Part shown: one piece after another, positions 1 through 11,548 of the stretch
Position numbering within the stretch: the stretch's first letter is position 1
How the letters are laid out: each line of letters begins with the position of its first letter
Source of the DNA: Lama glama
Taxonomy: Eukaryota
DNA: 64,000 bases
Assembly: GCA_028534125.1 (NCBI GenBank)
Contig: CM052817.1
Location: 72,046,001-72,110,000 of the forward strand
Direction: 5' to 3'
Translations under genes and position numbers: made by a program
Notes under the pieces: model-generated
What the model was told of the DNA's origin: nothing
Seen by the model: only the letters and a program-made list of their open reading frames with translations
The model's database searches: none

Positions 1-329
1 TGCTGGGACTGTTCCAAGAGCAGAGACAGAATGAAAGCACTAGAAGGAAGTGACAGTGATGACTACAGCCTCAGCTGGCACAACTTCAAAACGTTTCAGA
101 GGATAGTGTTCCAAAGAGATATTGCGGTGCAGCTCCAGTAAGTGCTATACAAATAGATTTAGTGCCGCCCTACAGGAGGCAAAATAAGTCAGAGGCGTAG
201 AAAGTGAATAAAAACAACAATACCAACAAGAAAACCCTCTTGTAAATAAGCTATTGCATGACACAGCTAAACTACGGAATTGTAAGCCAGCAAAATCTTC
301 CAAGTGTGAAAAACCATGTCTGGAAGGGA

Positions 330-990
330 TCACAGAGGCCGACAGATGGCTAGTTAGTCTCCACTGGACATGTTATCTGATGAGTGAGGGCTCTCTTCAT
401 GGTGAGGCAGCCAACTTGATTCTGGAACTATTTTTAATTGGTAAATAAGTTATCTTCCTATTGAAGGAGATTTCCCTTTCTGTACCTTCTTGTGGGTCCT
501 AATTCTGTTCTTTCAAGGGACGGGTACTTACTGCTGCCTCCAGGCACTAGCCCTTCACTTTTTAATAACTGCCATCATGTCTCTCCTCTTTACCAAGATA
601 GACGCTCTCTATTTGTTTCACCTCTCCCTGAATTACATGGTGTTCAGAGCCCTATCTGTTGATATCTCTTGGAGAAGGGGCTTTCAGAAAGTGAACAGAT
701 GTAATTTTACAATGTATGATAACTTCTCCTGAGTGGGGGTACAATGCGTTCGTTATGTTAGCCTAAATTTTTACTACTTAAAAAAATCTATCATCATATT
801 TTTGAATAAATTTGAACTCAAAGTCAAATATTCTCCATAGTCTTTGTCCACTTAAACTATCTCTAAAATAAAAGTCTAGCAGAATATGCACGGAAATGAA
901 TGTTTTTGAACTAAATTGAGGCCTTTACATTTATCTCTGTTAAATTTCATTTTTCTTATTTTTTGTTGGGGAGATTTTGAATTTTGATTG
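330..990 (-). mobile_element. L3/CR1 LINE remnant (3' region)
   Basis: Degenerate matches to antisense L3 motifs: GACAGATGGCTAGTTAGTCTC, GAGGCAGCCAAC, AAGTTATCTTCCT, GCCATCATGTC and TTTTTGAACTAAATTGAGGCCTTTACATTTATCTCTGTTAAATTTCAT. Confidence 0.7.
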
Positions 991-1014
991 TTAAAGAATG
1001 GAAGCAAAAAGCCC

Positions 1015-1552
1015 ACCAGCTATTGGCTTCCTCTACGTGCTAAATGCTGTGCTTTAAGGATCAAAAATCTAATGCAAGGCTGACAAGCAAACAAAGACGT
1101 AATAATACATGTGACAAGTAAAAGGAGACTTGTGCCTTCTGGTAACCCAGAGAAAGGAGTCTGTGAAATTTGTAAAAGGGGTTAATGATACTGGAATTGA
1201 GTCCTAAAGTATGACTAGGAATTTTCAGGACAAGGGAGTGAGGCTATTATAAACAGATACTCCAATATTGCATATATACATATGTGGAAAAGAAGGATCA
1301 AATAAAATAAACACTGAAGAGTGTTCACTAGAGTTAGCAAGTTCATTGGCATGGTGGCTGCAAAAGTCAGATTTCAATGTTAAGGTCTGAGCAGCAAGTA
1401 ATGAAAACAAACTCATTGGAAAGTTTGGTTTTGAAGCAGCTTGCACATGGGAGCAAAAGTGGTGGTTGAAGTTGGGAGAAACCTCAGCGTGTTTGTACAA
1501 TGAGGAAAGAAGCCAGTGGAAAGGTGGACCACACAGGAATCAGAGGAGGAAG
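1015..1552 (-). mobile_element. L2 LINE remnant, interrupted by an MLT1 LTR
   Basis: TATTGGCTTCCTCTACGTGCTAAATGCTGTGCT resembles the antisense L2 3' end; purine-rich L2-like sequence follows. Confidence 0.5.
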
Positions 1553-2000
1553 GGTCAGTTAGCTTTTGCTGCATAACAAATCACCCCCAAACTTTGTGGC
1601 TAACATCAATATGTGTTTATGATTTCTCAAAAATCTATGGGTTGGCTGGGCAGTTCTTTTGGTTTGAGCTGGCTGAGATGATCTCTGAGGTCAGGTGGTA
1701 GCTTGCCTGAGTGGAGAATGGCCTCTTAGATCAGGCAGTCGACTCAGTCTCAGTGGGGGCAATGGCCAAGCCATATGTCTTTCATCATCCTAAGGATAGC
1801 CTAAGGTTTGACTACTTTTAAGGAAGCTAGACAGGGATTACTCACATAGTCATGGTCTTAGGTTTCCCAGGAGCAGCAAGAAAAGGCAGACTTCAATGCA
1901 CCAGCTCTTTCTGAAAGCTCAGTTTATATCCGTTTGCTGTTGTCCCATTGGCTACTGTGTGTCCCATGGTCAAGCCCAGCATCACCGTGAAAAGCTGGGA
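1553..2000 (-). mobile_element. MaLR LTR (MLT1F/G/H-like)
   Basis: Begins TCAGTTAGCTTTTGCTGCATAACAAATCACCCCCAAACTT; contains GGGTTGGCTGGGCAGTTC and GTCCCATTGGCTA...CATGGTCAAGCCCAG, typical of antisense MLT1. Confidence 0.8.
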
Positions 2001-2019
2001 GAGCTGGGAAACTGAAGCC

Positions 2020-2800
2020 ATGGCAGCTCTTCACCACAGCAGGGAGGAGGTGGAGGTCTCCTGAAAAGGTAGGCTGGGACAGAAGGAAGAGTGTAATGGA
2101 AATCTGGTTCTTGAGGCAGTTAACTGTAGGTTGGAGGGAGGGCATCCATTTGAGGGAGTTTATTGCTCATGGCTTCTTTTTCCTCTCTGAAGTGAGGGGC
2201 TATTTCATCTCCTGGATACAACAGGAGGAAAGATATGAAAGAGGATTTGAGGAGAGTCAAGAAATTCTAAAATCCTAGAAAAAGGAGAGAGAACTTACCA
2301 GAGATGTGTAAACAGTGATTGCCATTAACTACTGAAAGTTTCTTTTCTAAGATTTAACACCTCAAAGTAGTGGTGTTCACCCAAAGGTTGTTTTGATTTT
2401 TTTCCCAACTAATTATACGATGGAGAAGGTAGATGAGTGAGTGGATCCAAGGTCAGAATATCCATGAGCCGGGTGAGAGTCACTGAGGTGAGGAATGGGG
2501 AAGTCTTGGTACGGTAGGGAATAAAACCAGGGGGCAGAGGCTATGAATCAAATATAGAGTTAGGAGATTTGGGGGTTTCGATAAGTTCAAAGTGCAAGTG
2601 TTGCAGGAGTTGAAAAAGGGAAGCCTATGATCTGAGTAGGCTATTGGAATTTATGCTTTCAGAATGAAGCCATTCTGGATTGGCCACAGAGCGAGTTTTA
2701 CTGCAGGGAGGTACAGGAGGAAGATAAAGGAACAGGGAGAGTTATAGTGTAAATGACATCCGTGTGGATGTCGGGATTTCTCAGGAGTCAGAGGAAGACT
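2020..2800 (-). mobile_element. L2 LINE remnant (continuation)
   Basis: Purine-rich L2-like sequence such as GGCTTCTTTTTCCTCTCTGAAGTGAGGGGC and ACATCCGTGTGGATGTCGGGATTTCTCAGGA. Confidence 0.5.
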
Positions 2801-3424
2801 AAGAACCATTGGTTATAAAACACACCTCCCTTTTCTGGGGAACGTGTTTCAGACTATCCTCCCCTTGGTGGAGGAGACAGAGGCAAAACAGGGATTGGGT
2901 AAGTCTTGCAAATATTAAACACCTTTCATACACAGCTGGCATTTTGCTTCCTCTTGGGGGTTTTCCTTTTAATAGTTTAAGAAATCCTAATGATGACTGG
3001 AATTCCTTTAAGCCTCCGTGTATTCAGGTTTGAGACCTTGTTACACTCTTCCAACAGATGTAAGCTCCTCCTCTTCTCTCGTTTATCTTTGCTTTAGTGC
3101 TTTTCCTTCCAGCTTTTACATATGTCCTTTAGAAATCTGAGCTCGTCTGAGAACTCTCTTGAAACTTGATTGATTTCTCTAAATGTCTTTTCTTTTTCTT
3201 TCATACTTGAGCCATTCTTGGGGCCACATACCCTTCTAAGATGTTTATATCTATCTACTTTTTATCTGAACTGGAAAAAAAAAAGCTAGTAGGGGAAGAA
3301 AAGAAAAGAACAAAGCCTGCTTAGAAATTATAGGATAGATATGACTATATCAACAGTTAAAAAAACTTTTTATGAGTTTAAAAAAAACCCAACACAGTCA
3401 GTTTTTCCTAGTCTTTTTTTTTAA

Positions 3425-3645
3425 ATCATGAACTTTGGAATCAAATAGATCTAAATTTTAATCTTAGTTTTATCATTTGCTATCTGAGAATCCATGAGTA
3501 AGACATCTTTTGAATGTGAATTCTTGTTTATCAAATGGATGGAGGGATAAAACTTACTTCTGTTCTTGCCGATAATCTCCTGAAATAACGCATGTCTTCT
3601 GTGCATAAAGCCTGGCACAGAATAGACTCTCAGTAAATGTTAATT
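3425..3645 (+). mobile_element. MIR SINE
   Basis: CATGAACTTTGGAATCAAATAGATCT head; GCCTGGCACAGAATAGACTCTCAGTAAATGTTA tail. Confidence 0.65.
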
Positions 3646-4792
3646 CCTAGTCCTGTTTCTGGTCTGAATTGTTTATTTCTTATTAGTCAAATTTTAGTCT
3701 GGAGAGTCTGCTTTTCCTTTATTTACAACAATTCTGAGTTGAACTTGCCAACAAGACAAAAAGAAAAAAGTGGAAATCTTTAAAGTGTCAATAAATATGC
3801 ATATAAAAAAGAAACATGGCATTAGTAGTGTTATCTTTAAGTTGATATTTGGAAATATTATGATAAGAATTACTACATTTGAAAAATAAATATTGGCTAT
3901 GTTAAAGATGGTAGGAAATGCTTGGGAAGATCAATCAGCTAAAATATCTCCAAGAGATTACCACACCTTCTGAAATTTTTTGTACTTATTGAAGTTTAGA
4001 CGATGTCTACCATGAAAGTCAAGTCTATTATTAGCTGCAGCAATACCATGTATTATCAGAAATTAGATTATAATGCTTAACAATGGGCAAGGATCTAAGA
4101 GGAGGTGAGGTATCAGGTAGGTATTTTTGATGGAGAGAGAGGCAAAGGAAAAGCAGAAGTATTTGACTGTGTAAGTAGTAGGTAGGGCGTCTGAATAATA
4201 TTGCTGTTATCTGTATTTCTTATCAACATTTTAGGAAGTCTTATAGTTTCTAACAACATGTGATTTTAAGGGAAAATAAATAGGATACACTTTGCCAAGT
4301 TATCCGTAGTCCCGACCTTGCTCCCAGGTGGACATGTAAGAGATGCCCTTCACTGGCTTGAGGTCTGTGGGATGTCCATTGCCAGCTCACGTGTCATCAC
4401 TGTAGTCTCTTGTCACACAGAGATGCAAAAGTCTTCCTTCTATACATGTGTAAGCCTGACCCACCAAGGAGGACCTGTAAGTTTGAAGAAAGTGTTTCCT
4501 TCTTTTCATTCCTGTGGTAAATCTCCCTTATTAATGCCTGTAAGATTATTTCAGATAGCTGTCATTTTTATGCTATCCTTGACTTACGATAATGGCTTAT
4601 GTTTTACATTAAGGATATTGCTAATCATTAAAATATGGATCAATTGTTTATTCTAAGATGGACTAAGTTTTCTATTTATTAAGAAGTGTTGGCCTCTCTT
4701 TTTCCTCTCCATGTCTAAATGTCTAAACTATTATTTATCCAGTAAATGGAAGGTAGATGAAAACACACTTTGATAGTCAAATGTTTGCTTTT

Positions 4793-5018
4793 ACAGATAT
4801 GTACTACTATATATAAAATAGATAACAAGGATCTACTGTAGAGCAGAGGGAACTATATTCAATATCTTGTACTAACCTACATTAGAAAAGAATCTGAAAA
4901 AGAATATGTATACCCGTATATATGTGTATACACGTCCATATCTATACAATGTATCTATATACCTGAATCACTATGTTGTACAGCTGAAACTAACACAACA
5001 TTGTAAATCATTAAAAAA
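4793..5018 (+). mobile_element. 5'-truncated L1 3' end, cetartiodactyl/camelid type
   Basis: ACAGATATGTACTACTATATATAAAATAGATAACAAGGATCTACTGTAGAGCAGAGGGAACTATATTCAATATCTTGTA...GAAACTAACACAACATTGTAAATCA with a short A tail; homologous to four other copies in the window. Confidence 0.9.
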
Positions 5019-5198
5019 TTGTATTTTTACACAGGGATGTCTAGACAATCTTGATTTTGGCAGAAACAGAGTAGAACTTTGCCGTGAATTTGGAGCTACA
5101 GTACCCAAGTTGGAGACCTGGCTGGGTTACCTTAATTAAGTTACATCTTCACTTGTACCTTCTTCTTACGTGAAAGAAGACAAAAATAACTAGCTTTT

Positions 5199-5325
5199 GA
5201 CATATGAGTTTAGGGAGGACACAAACATTCGGACCACAGCCAAAGCTTTGCAGCTAAAATTCCATCAGTTGTATGTATCAGGGAAGAACAGATTTTAGGG
5301 GACAGATGGCACACTCTGTCACAGA
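5199..5325 (-). mobile_element. MaLR LTR terminal fragments
   Basis: CATATGAGTTTAGGGAGGACACAAACATTCGGACCACAGC is the reverse complement of an MLT1/MST LTR 5' start; a second LTR-end-like piece is GATTTTAGGGGACAGATGGCACACTCTGTCACA. Confidence 0.55.
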
Positions 5326-5578
5326 CTACATTATTGATCCTACAAGTTCAAACATGTGTCCCATTTCCAAACCGTACTATCAATAGCACTCCGTGAATAT
5401 ATTTTTCAAAATTCATGAATTATTTTATAAGCAGCACAATTATATTTTAGCATTTTTTGTGTGCATATTAATAGTGGAAATGTGTGCTATTGGATGTCTA
5501 GAATATACTTTTATTTTTATAACCTTAGTTTGTGATTTATTTATTTAAATAATCTGGGGAATTTAAAAATGGACTCAC

Positions 5579-5616
5579 ATCTCTTTCAGATCAGATCTCT
5601 CTCAGATCTCTCTCAG
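5579..5616 (+). repeat. Short degenerate tandem repeat of ATCTCTCTCAG
   Basis: ATCTCTTTCAG ATCAG ATCTCTCTCAG ATCTCTCTCAG read directly. Confidence 0.8.
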
Positions 5617-6092
5617 CTTCTAAGAGACTTTCTTACTATGAAAATCAAAGCAGCGATGAGAAATGCTCTCTCATCAATGAAGCAAGCACCTCACAACCGC
5701 AGGGTCTTCTGATTATTTATCATGTGTTTCTGGTGTGTGGTAGGTTCAGATTTTACCCAAGTAGCTCAAGCACTTTGCTCAGGGATATGCCAAGGTGGGT
5801 CTCTCGGTGATCAGGAGGATGCTGTGCGAGCTGACATGAGAGTGGGGATATTTCTACAAAAGAACACTTAGCCTACTTCATCTTTTTTCCTCCAAATACC
5901 ACTCGTTTTTGTCAGTCCCTGCTATTTCAAAATAAAGTGACAGAAGACAATAATTTTGTTGAAAACCGTTTGATCCATTCTAGGACTTTTAAACCTGAAT
6001 GTTTCATGAAATAAACTGTCAGTCTTGAAAGGATGAATCAAGGGCAAACAATTTTAGTAAAAGTATTAAGAATGAGGAGAAATAGGAGCCCT

Positions 6093-6315
6093 GAGCAGAG
6101 TACGGTGTTTAAGGGCTCAGGCAGAGAGTATGGCTCTAAATCTTGGCTCCACTCCTCTCTGAGCGGCTGCGATGGGTGAATCCACCTCTCATCTATAAGA
6201 TGAAGGTGATAACTATGTTTTGTTTATTGGCTAAAGATTAAAGGAACGCACGCATGCAAAATACCTCACAGTGCCTCACACATATTAAATATTCAGTAAA
6301 TGTAAGCCACTGTTC
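6093..6315 (+). mobile_element. MIR SINE
   Basis: AAATCTTGGCTCCACT, CTCATCTATAAGATGAAGGTGATAA core and CACAGTGCCTCACACATATTAAATATTCAGTAAATGTAAGC tail. Confidence 0.7.
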
Positions 6316-8576
6316 AACTCACTGAAAAGAAGCACAATTGCTAGTCCAATGGCCACACCTCTGCTTGTGCCATTGCACAGCAGAGAAGCAGGAGCTGTGA
6401 GCACGTGCCTGCTTAGACCCGTCAGCGTGTCCCTGCAGATACGCTGCTCGGCTGCCTGTGGTTTGGGTGGTGATTATTTCAGTGACTCGTATTAACTTCA
6501 ATATCGTAATGATTTTGAACCTGATTGATGGAGTTTTCCATGTGTACCATGACTCTTCCCAATATTCCAAAATCTGATTTTGCTGACATCTTCTTATTCT
6601 AGGGTCTAGATACGGATCTTGGCTAAGGTGACATTGTAATGAAATATTAAAAACAATGAGAAGCAATAAAGATAACATTGTTATTCTGTAACAAATCTGT
6701 TATTAATTTAGAAGGATCTTGTGGACTAAGTAGGCTTTGAAATGAGCCCTGAAAAACTGCAAGAGTTTGGTGAGTCAACTATATGTCAATAATAAAAAAA
6801 TCCTGCTTAAAAAACCCCCAAAACGGAGAGGCTTTGGATAGGTAGGTTCTAGAGACAGAAGAAGGCATAGCATGTAAATTTGATGACTGAGGATATACAG
6901 ATGGGAAGCAAGAGGACGGTGGGCCAGCATCAGGCTTATGTAAGAGAGAGGAGTAGGGAACATTGTTGGGTATTTGAAGTGGGGACAGGGGAGTAAGCAT
7001 ACGAAAAGGACAGAGTGAATTCTCCTGGAGAGAGATGATGATGATAATGATATTTAGAAATTTAGACTGATGCATGAGAACAAAAAGAGAAATACATTTT
7101 GAGGTTAGTTAGACAAAGCAAATAGTCTTTAGACCTGTGTGAACTTCATACATTTTGTGAGATGTATGTGAAGGGGAGAAAGTAAGGAATTCATCTAAAT
7201 TTGAAGGAAAAAATATGCCATATTTTTCCTGTAGTTATTGGTTTTCTTACTTGGACATTGATTTGCTCTGAATGAAACACTTAAAAATATCTCAGGCAAG
7301 TAGAGTTTTCACGGACTCATATACATCCCTCACTATTGCAGGCTAGATGAAGATTTACACAGCCATGCATTCTTAAGATTTTTTTAATAGTACTTTTTTC
7401 AGTGTAAAGTTGAGGCATAGTTGTTTAAATAAATGAATGGCCCTATTTACAATGACTCATTTGGTGGGAACAACAAACTCACTGTCAAGTCTGGGCTGAC
7501 CTTCATGACTTTCCCACTAAAAGGTAGGTGGTGGTGCAGCATCGTGCTTTTTATGCTAACAAGTCCTGAGAAGCAGGGAAGGTTTCCTATTCTTGTTCTT
7601 CACGATGACACCCTCTGATCAACACCTGGCACTCTGCAATACGCATGTGTTGTAGATTACAACCGATGAAAGGTCCTGTGCTGTGAGCCCAGCCCTTGCT
7701 TTGCTATGTCAACCTGCTGGCAAATTATAGCTGTTCCTCCTGCCAAATGAGTCAGTTGAGATGGAAACATCAATTTGAGATGATGTGTACTTTCTGTTGT
7801 AAGAATACAATTTAGGGAGGTGACATGATTGTCACACAAGTGCATGTAAGTTTTAAATTTAATAGTCACTGTAATGGAGGTACAGGAAGAGAAGGACAGG
7901 AGAGACATTTTTAATCAAAATATAAGAGTTGCTGCTTGGCTTAAAACAAAAACAAACCAAAGCAAATAGTGAAATCAAATGAAATGACTTAAAAAAAAAA
8001 AGAGTCACTGCAAATATATCAGGAAAAAAAACAGAGAAAAGGTTAATAGAAAGATGATCTGAAAAAATATGCATTCACCTATTCTTTTATTCAATAATCA
8101 TTTATAAAGTGAGCACTATGCTATATGCCTGTGATCAAAAATAAAAGATAAGCCTTGACCCTGAAAATTTCTTAGATTTGTAGAGTGTAGCCTATAGAAC
8201 AACAAAATATAAAACTATCTGGAATTTTCTTGTGAATAAAAAGGAAAGTAGTTCTCATTGTATAGATTAGTATATTCAATGTCACATAGGTTAGAATTTT
8301 GCTTTTTTATTGTTTGATCTTATATTGAAAGGTTTAGGACAGCACCATAATTTTACTGAATAAGTTAATGACATCAAAGGTAAAAGAATTATGTGCATGG
8401 CACATGTCGTTTACAATTTTAAAATGATGTTTAATTAGTAAAAGATAAATTAACTTCTATGATTATTTGGTGTCACAGGTATCCCTATTCGAGTAGAAAG
8501 TCTGAGATTATTCTGATCTTGGAAATTAAGGATGAAGATGGTGTTTTGTTTGTTGTTGAACCCTGGTATTTACGCT

Positions 8577-8833
8577 AGAGTCCGCCAACAATTTTTACTC
8601 CATGGCACATGCAGAATATGAAAATATTTAAAAGGCATCTTGAGGTGAAAGAAAAGATTTGAAATGGTTGGAGGGGAAGTTGGGTGTGAAAGAGGTGAGA
8701 GGTGGGGGTGACTGAGGCTCCGGCTGTTTGAGGTCCAGCTGCCCAGTCCAGGCCGGATGCTCTTGTGTCTCAGGAAATGGAAACACTAGCACATCTGTAA
8801 TCCACTCATAGCCCACGGCAGTTGAAAAGCTCT
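8577..8833 (+). mobile_element. hAT-Charlie non-autonomous DNA transposon (MER112-like)
   Basis: CATGGCACATGCAGAATATGAAAATATTT, GGCTCCGGCTG and GCACATCTGTAATCCACTC...CAGTTGAAAAGCTCT resemble the recalled MER112 consensus. Confidence 0.6.
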
Positions 8834-8899
8834 CCCCCAGTGACAGTGGGAAACTATCAAGGTTTACAAAGTGGTATTTGAGGGAGATTAACGTGACAC

Positions 8900-9715
8900 T
8901 AGTACGTACGTGGGGAGTACGTTTGGGGCAGGAAGATAAAATAAGCGATCACTGAAGTCCAGGTGTGAAGTAATGCACACTTGCAATGACCTGGCATAGA
9001 AACAGTAAAAGGGGGTGTCAAGGGACACAAGACTTGTGAGACAGAGGAAGAAAAATGATATCCTATTATAGAACCTGGATGACTGGGAAGATAATGGTTC
9101 CTACAGGGCAAGGAAGAGGGAATCCAGAGAAAGAGCTGGTTTCTGAAGAAACAGGATAAGCTGGGCAGTGCAAGTGAAGTTCAAGGTGGTGGAGGGGCAG
9201 CCAGGTGGAGACGAAGTTAAGAGATACGAGAATGAAGTTTGGGGGTGGTTAGGATTGGAGACAGTGGTTTAAGAGTTATCCACGAGAAGTGAGAGTTAAA
9301 AATCTTCAGAGTAAGTGAGGTTTCTGAATAAGGGTATGTAAGAGAGAAAATGTAGAACTAAGCCTGAGGGCAGCGGTTTTCAAAGTACGGGCCCCTGACC
9401 AGTCTCAGCATCACCTGTGAGCTTGTGGGAAACCAGGTCTACTCCAGGTGGGCTGAATCAAAAGCTTTGGGACTGGGGCTCAGCAGTCTGTGTTTTCTCA
9501 AGCCTTTCAAGGTATCTGGGTGCCTAGTGGTTGTCTCGGGGTTACGTCCATCTTCTGGAGGCATATCAAGGAATAGCATTGACAAGGAGGACCAGAGAAG
9601 AGGGCCAGAGGGTGGAAGGTAAATTCTAAGCAGGATAATGAGAGCAAAGGCCAGTGAGTTTCAAGAGAGTGGTGAAGAATGTACCCACTGACCAAAAGTC
9701 AAAAGGGAAGAAACA
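8900..9715 (-). mobile_element. L2 LINE remnant with nested MER5A
   Basis: GAACCTGGATGACTGGGAAGATAATGGTTCC, CAGCCAGGTGGAGA and GAACTAAGCCTGAGGG are antisense L2 motifs; similarity resumes after about 9545. Confidence 0.65.
9371..9545 (+). mobile_element. MER5A-like hAT-Charlie MITE
   Basis: Starts CAGCGGTTTTCAAAGTACGGGCCCCTGACCAG...CAGCATCACCTGTGAGCTTG; contains CTGAATCAAAAGCTTTGGGACTGGGGCTCAGCAGTCTGTGTTTT. Confidence 0.8.
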
Positions 9716-9726
9716 GAGTCATTAGC

Positions 9727-10208
9727 GTTTTTTTTTTTTTATGATTTCTTGTGCTAGACAGTAGAAACTTGTTCTTTATCTGTTTTATATATAGTAGTTA
9801 GTATCTGCAAATCCTGAACTCCCAATTTATCCCTTCCAACCTCTGCTTTCCCCTTGGTAACAATAAGTTTGTTTTCTGTGTCTGTGAGTCTGTCTCTGTT
9901 TTATAGATAAGTTCATTTGTGCCCTGGTCTTTTTTTTTTTAGATTCCACATATGAATGATATCATGTGTTTTTTTTCTTTCTCTTTCCGACTTACTTTAC
10001 TTAGAATGACGAGCTCCATGTCCATCCATGTTGCTGCAAATGATATTATTTTATTCTTTTTTATGCCCGAGTAGTATTCCATTGTATAAATATACCACAA
10101 ATTCTTTATCCAGTCATCTGTCGATGGACATTTAGGTTGCTTCTGTATCTTGGCTATTGTAAACAAGGCTGCTATGAACCTTTGGGTGCATGTATCTTTT
10201 TGAATTAT
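9727..10208 (-). mobile_element. 5'-truncated L1 (ORF2 C-terminus plus partial 3' UTR) with target-site duplication
   Basis: Poly-T at 9728-9740; L1 3' UTR; AGTCATTAGC at both 9717-9726 and 10209-10218. Confidence 0.95.
9939..10208 (-). pseudogene. L1 ORF2 C-terminal fragment, not a host gene
   Basis: TCTQRFIAALFTIAKIQKQPKCPSTDDWIKNLWYIYTMEYYSGIKKN...ATWMDMELVILS...HMISFICGI* matches the characteristic mammalian L1 ORF2 C-terminus. Confidence 0.92.
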
Positions 10209-11524
10209 AGTCATTAGCTTTTTATGTATTGGTACTTGATTTTATGGAGATTAAAGAGTGACTGCTGAGTGAAAAACCAGCTGTATTGTTATAAAACATT
10301 GTATTAATAAGGATATTAAATAGAATAACAGCACAAAGGGAAACCACATTTAAAGAATGCTTTTCCACCTGGGATATAGGAGATATTTAAGTACATGTGT
10401 TAGCAGAAGGGAAGAGACCGGAGGGAAGGTGTGGGGCAGGGACAGGGCATCACTGTAAGCCTGTTCCTGCTCTATTCCCTCTTTCTGTAATCTGTATTTA
10501 CAAATATCTCTACATGTTCATATTATAGCATATTTGTTACTTACTACCAACACCCATATTCATGATGTTGACTGAGTACCATGCAGAGACTGAATTTTCC
10601 AGGACAAGAATCACAGAAGAGTCAGGATAGCCAAAAGGAACACCTTACCATGGTTAGTTGAATTTAATGTTTGTAGTAACATTTTATGAGAAAGGCTATT
10701 ATCCTGGACACTCTCTGCCAAGAAAATACAACAGTGCCCGTCAGGATACTTACCTAACTGGGCTTACGTGAACTCTAGAAAACGTTCTGTTTTATTTTTT
10801 CTTGAGGATAAGGTGGTTCAGGAGGGATTTAAACAAACTCATTTCAACAACAGTCTGTTCTGGGAAACTTTTACTTACTCCATTCTTCTACATTTCCATA
10901 GAAGCATCCTAATCTATATTTTTATACATATATGTAGTTTCTTCTTACTGTAAACCTTAGTATTATATTTCTCTCAAAAGTTCTTTGAATTTTTTTTAAA
11001 ATGAAACACTGAGGTAGAGAAGTTGGTGTTCTGTTCACACTCCCATCTTTTGTTCTTCATAATCTGTTAATGTTTATGTTTACATAATCTTTTATTCTTA
11101 TAGTGTAATTTTCAGTAATTTAAATTTGTTCTCAGGTGTGTGATCTTGGTGACTTACTCAGCACCATTTTATGCCAACTATCTCAGAAAAGTGGGTTTAT
11201 GATATAAGTCTACTTCAAAGCATTTCAGGGATAATAGTAAAAAAATAAAATTTCAAAAAATATAATGACAATTATAATTCAACTGGGTAGTTTCCTAAAT
11301 AATCAGTACATAAAAACAATACCTTTCATCTGGATTTATAATTGGAGATGTTGTGATTAATTGAAGCAATGTGCCTTATTTAATTCTGATTGGAATTTAG
11401 CTCTAATTAGAATTTAATATCAGCAGTTCTCTCCCTATTGTTCATAGCAATGCTTGTTTACAGAGCTACACTGTGAGTCAAATCATTTTCCCCAGACTAA
11501 CTAACTAACTACCTAACTGACTGA

Positions 11525-11548
11525 AAGCATGCTTGGCAGAACATGCTT
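11525..11548. promoter_or_regulatory. Candidate p53-family response element (motif only)
   Basis: AAGCATGCTT + GGCA + GAACATGCTT: two exact RRRCWWGYYY half-sites with a 4-nt spacer. Confidence 0.3.

Noticed and set aside
9939..10214. 91-aa ORF as a host gene
   Set aside because: It is the L1 ORF2 C-terminus of a truncated insertion; the ATG comes from the flanking target-site duplication.
10746..10755. ATACTTACCT as a U1 snRNA 5' end or a minus-strand donor
   Set aside because: Only 10 nt match U1 and the rest diverges; as a donor it lacks a convincing upstream acceptor.
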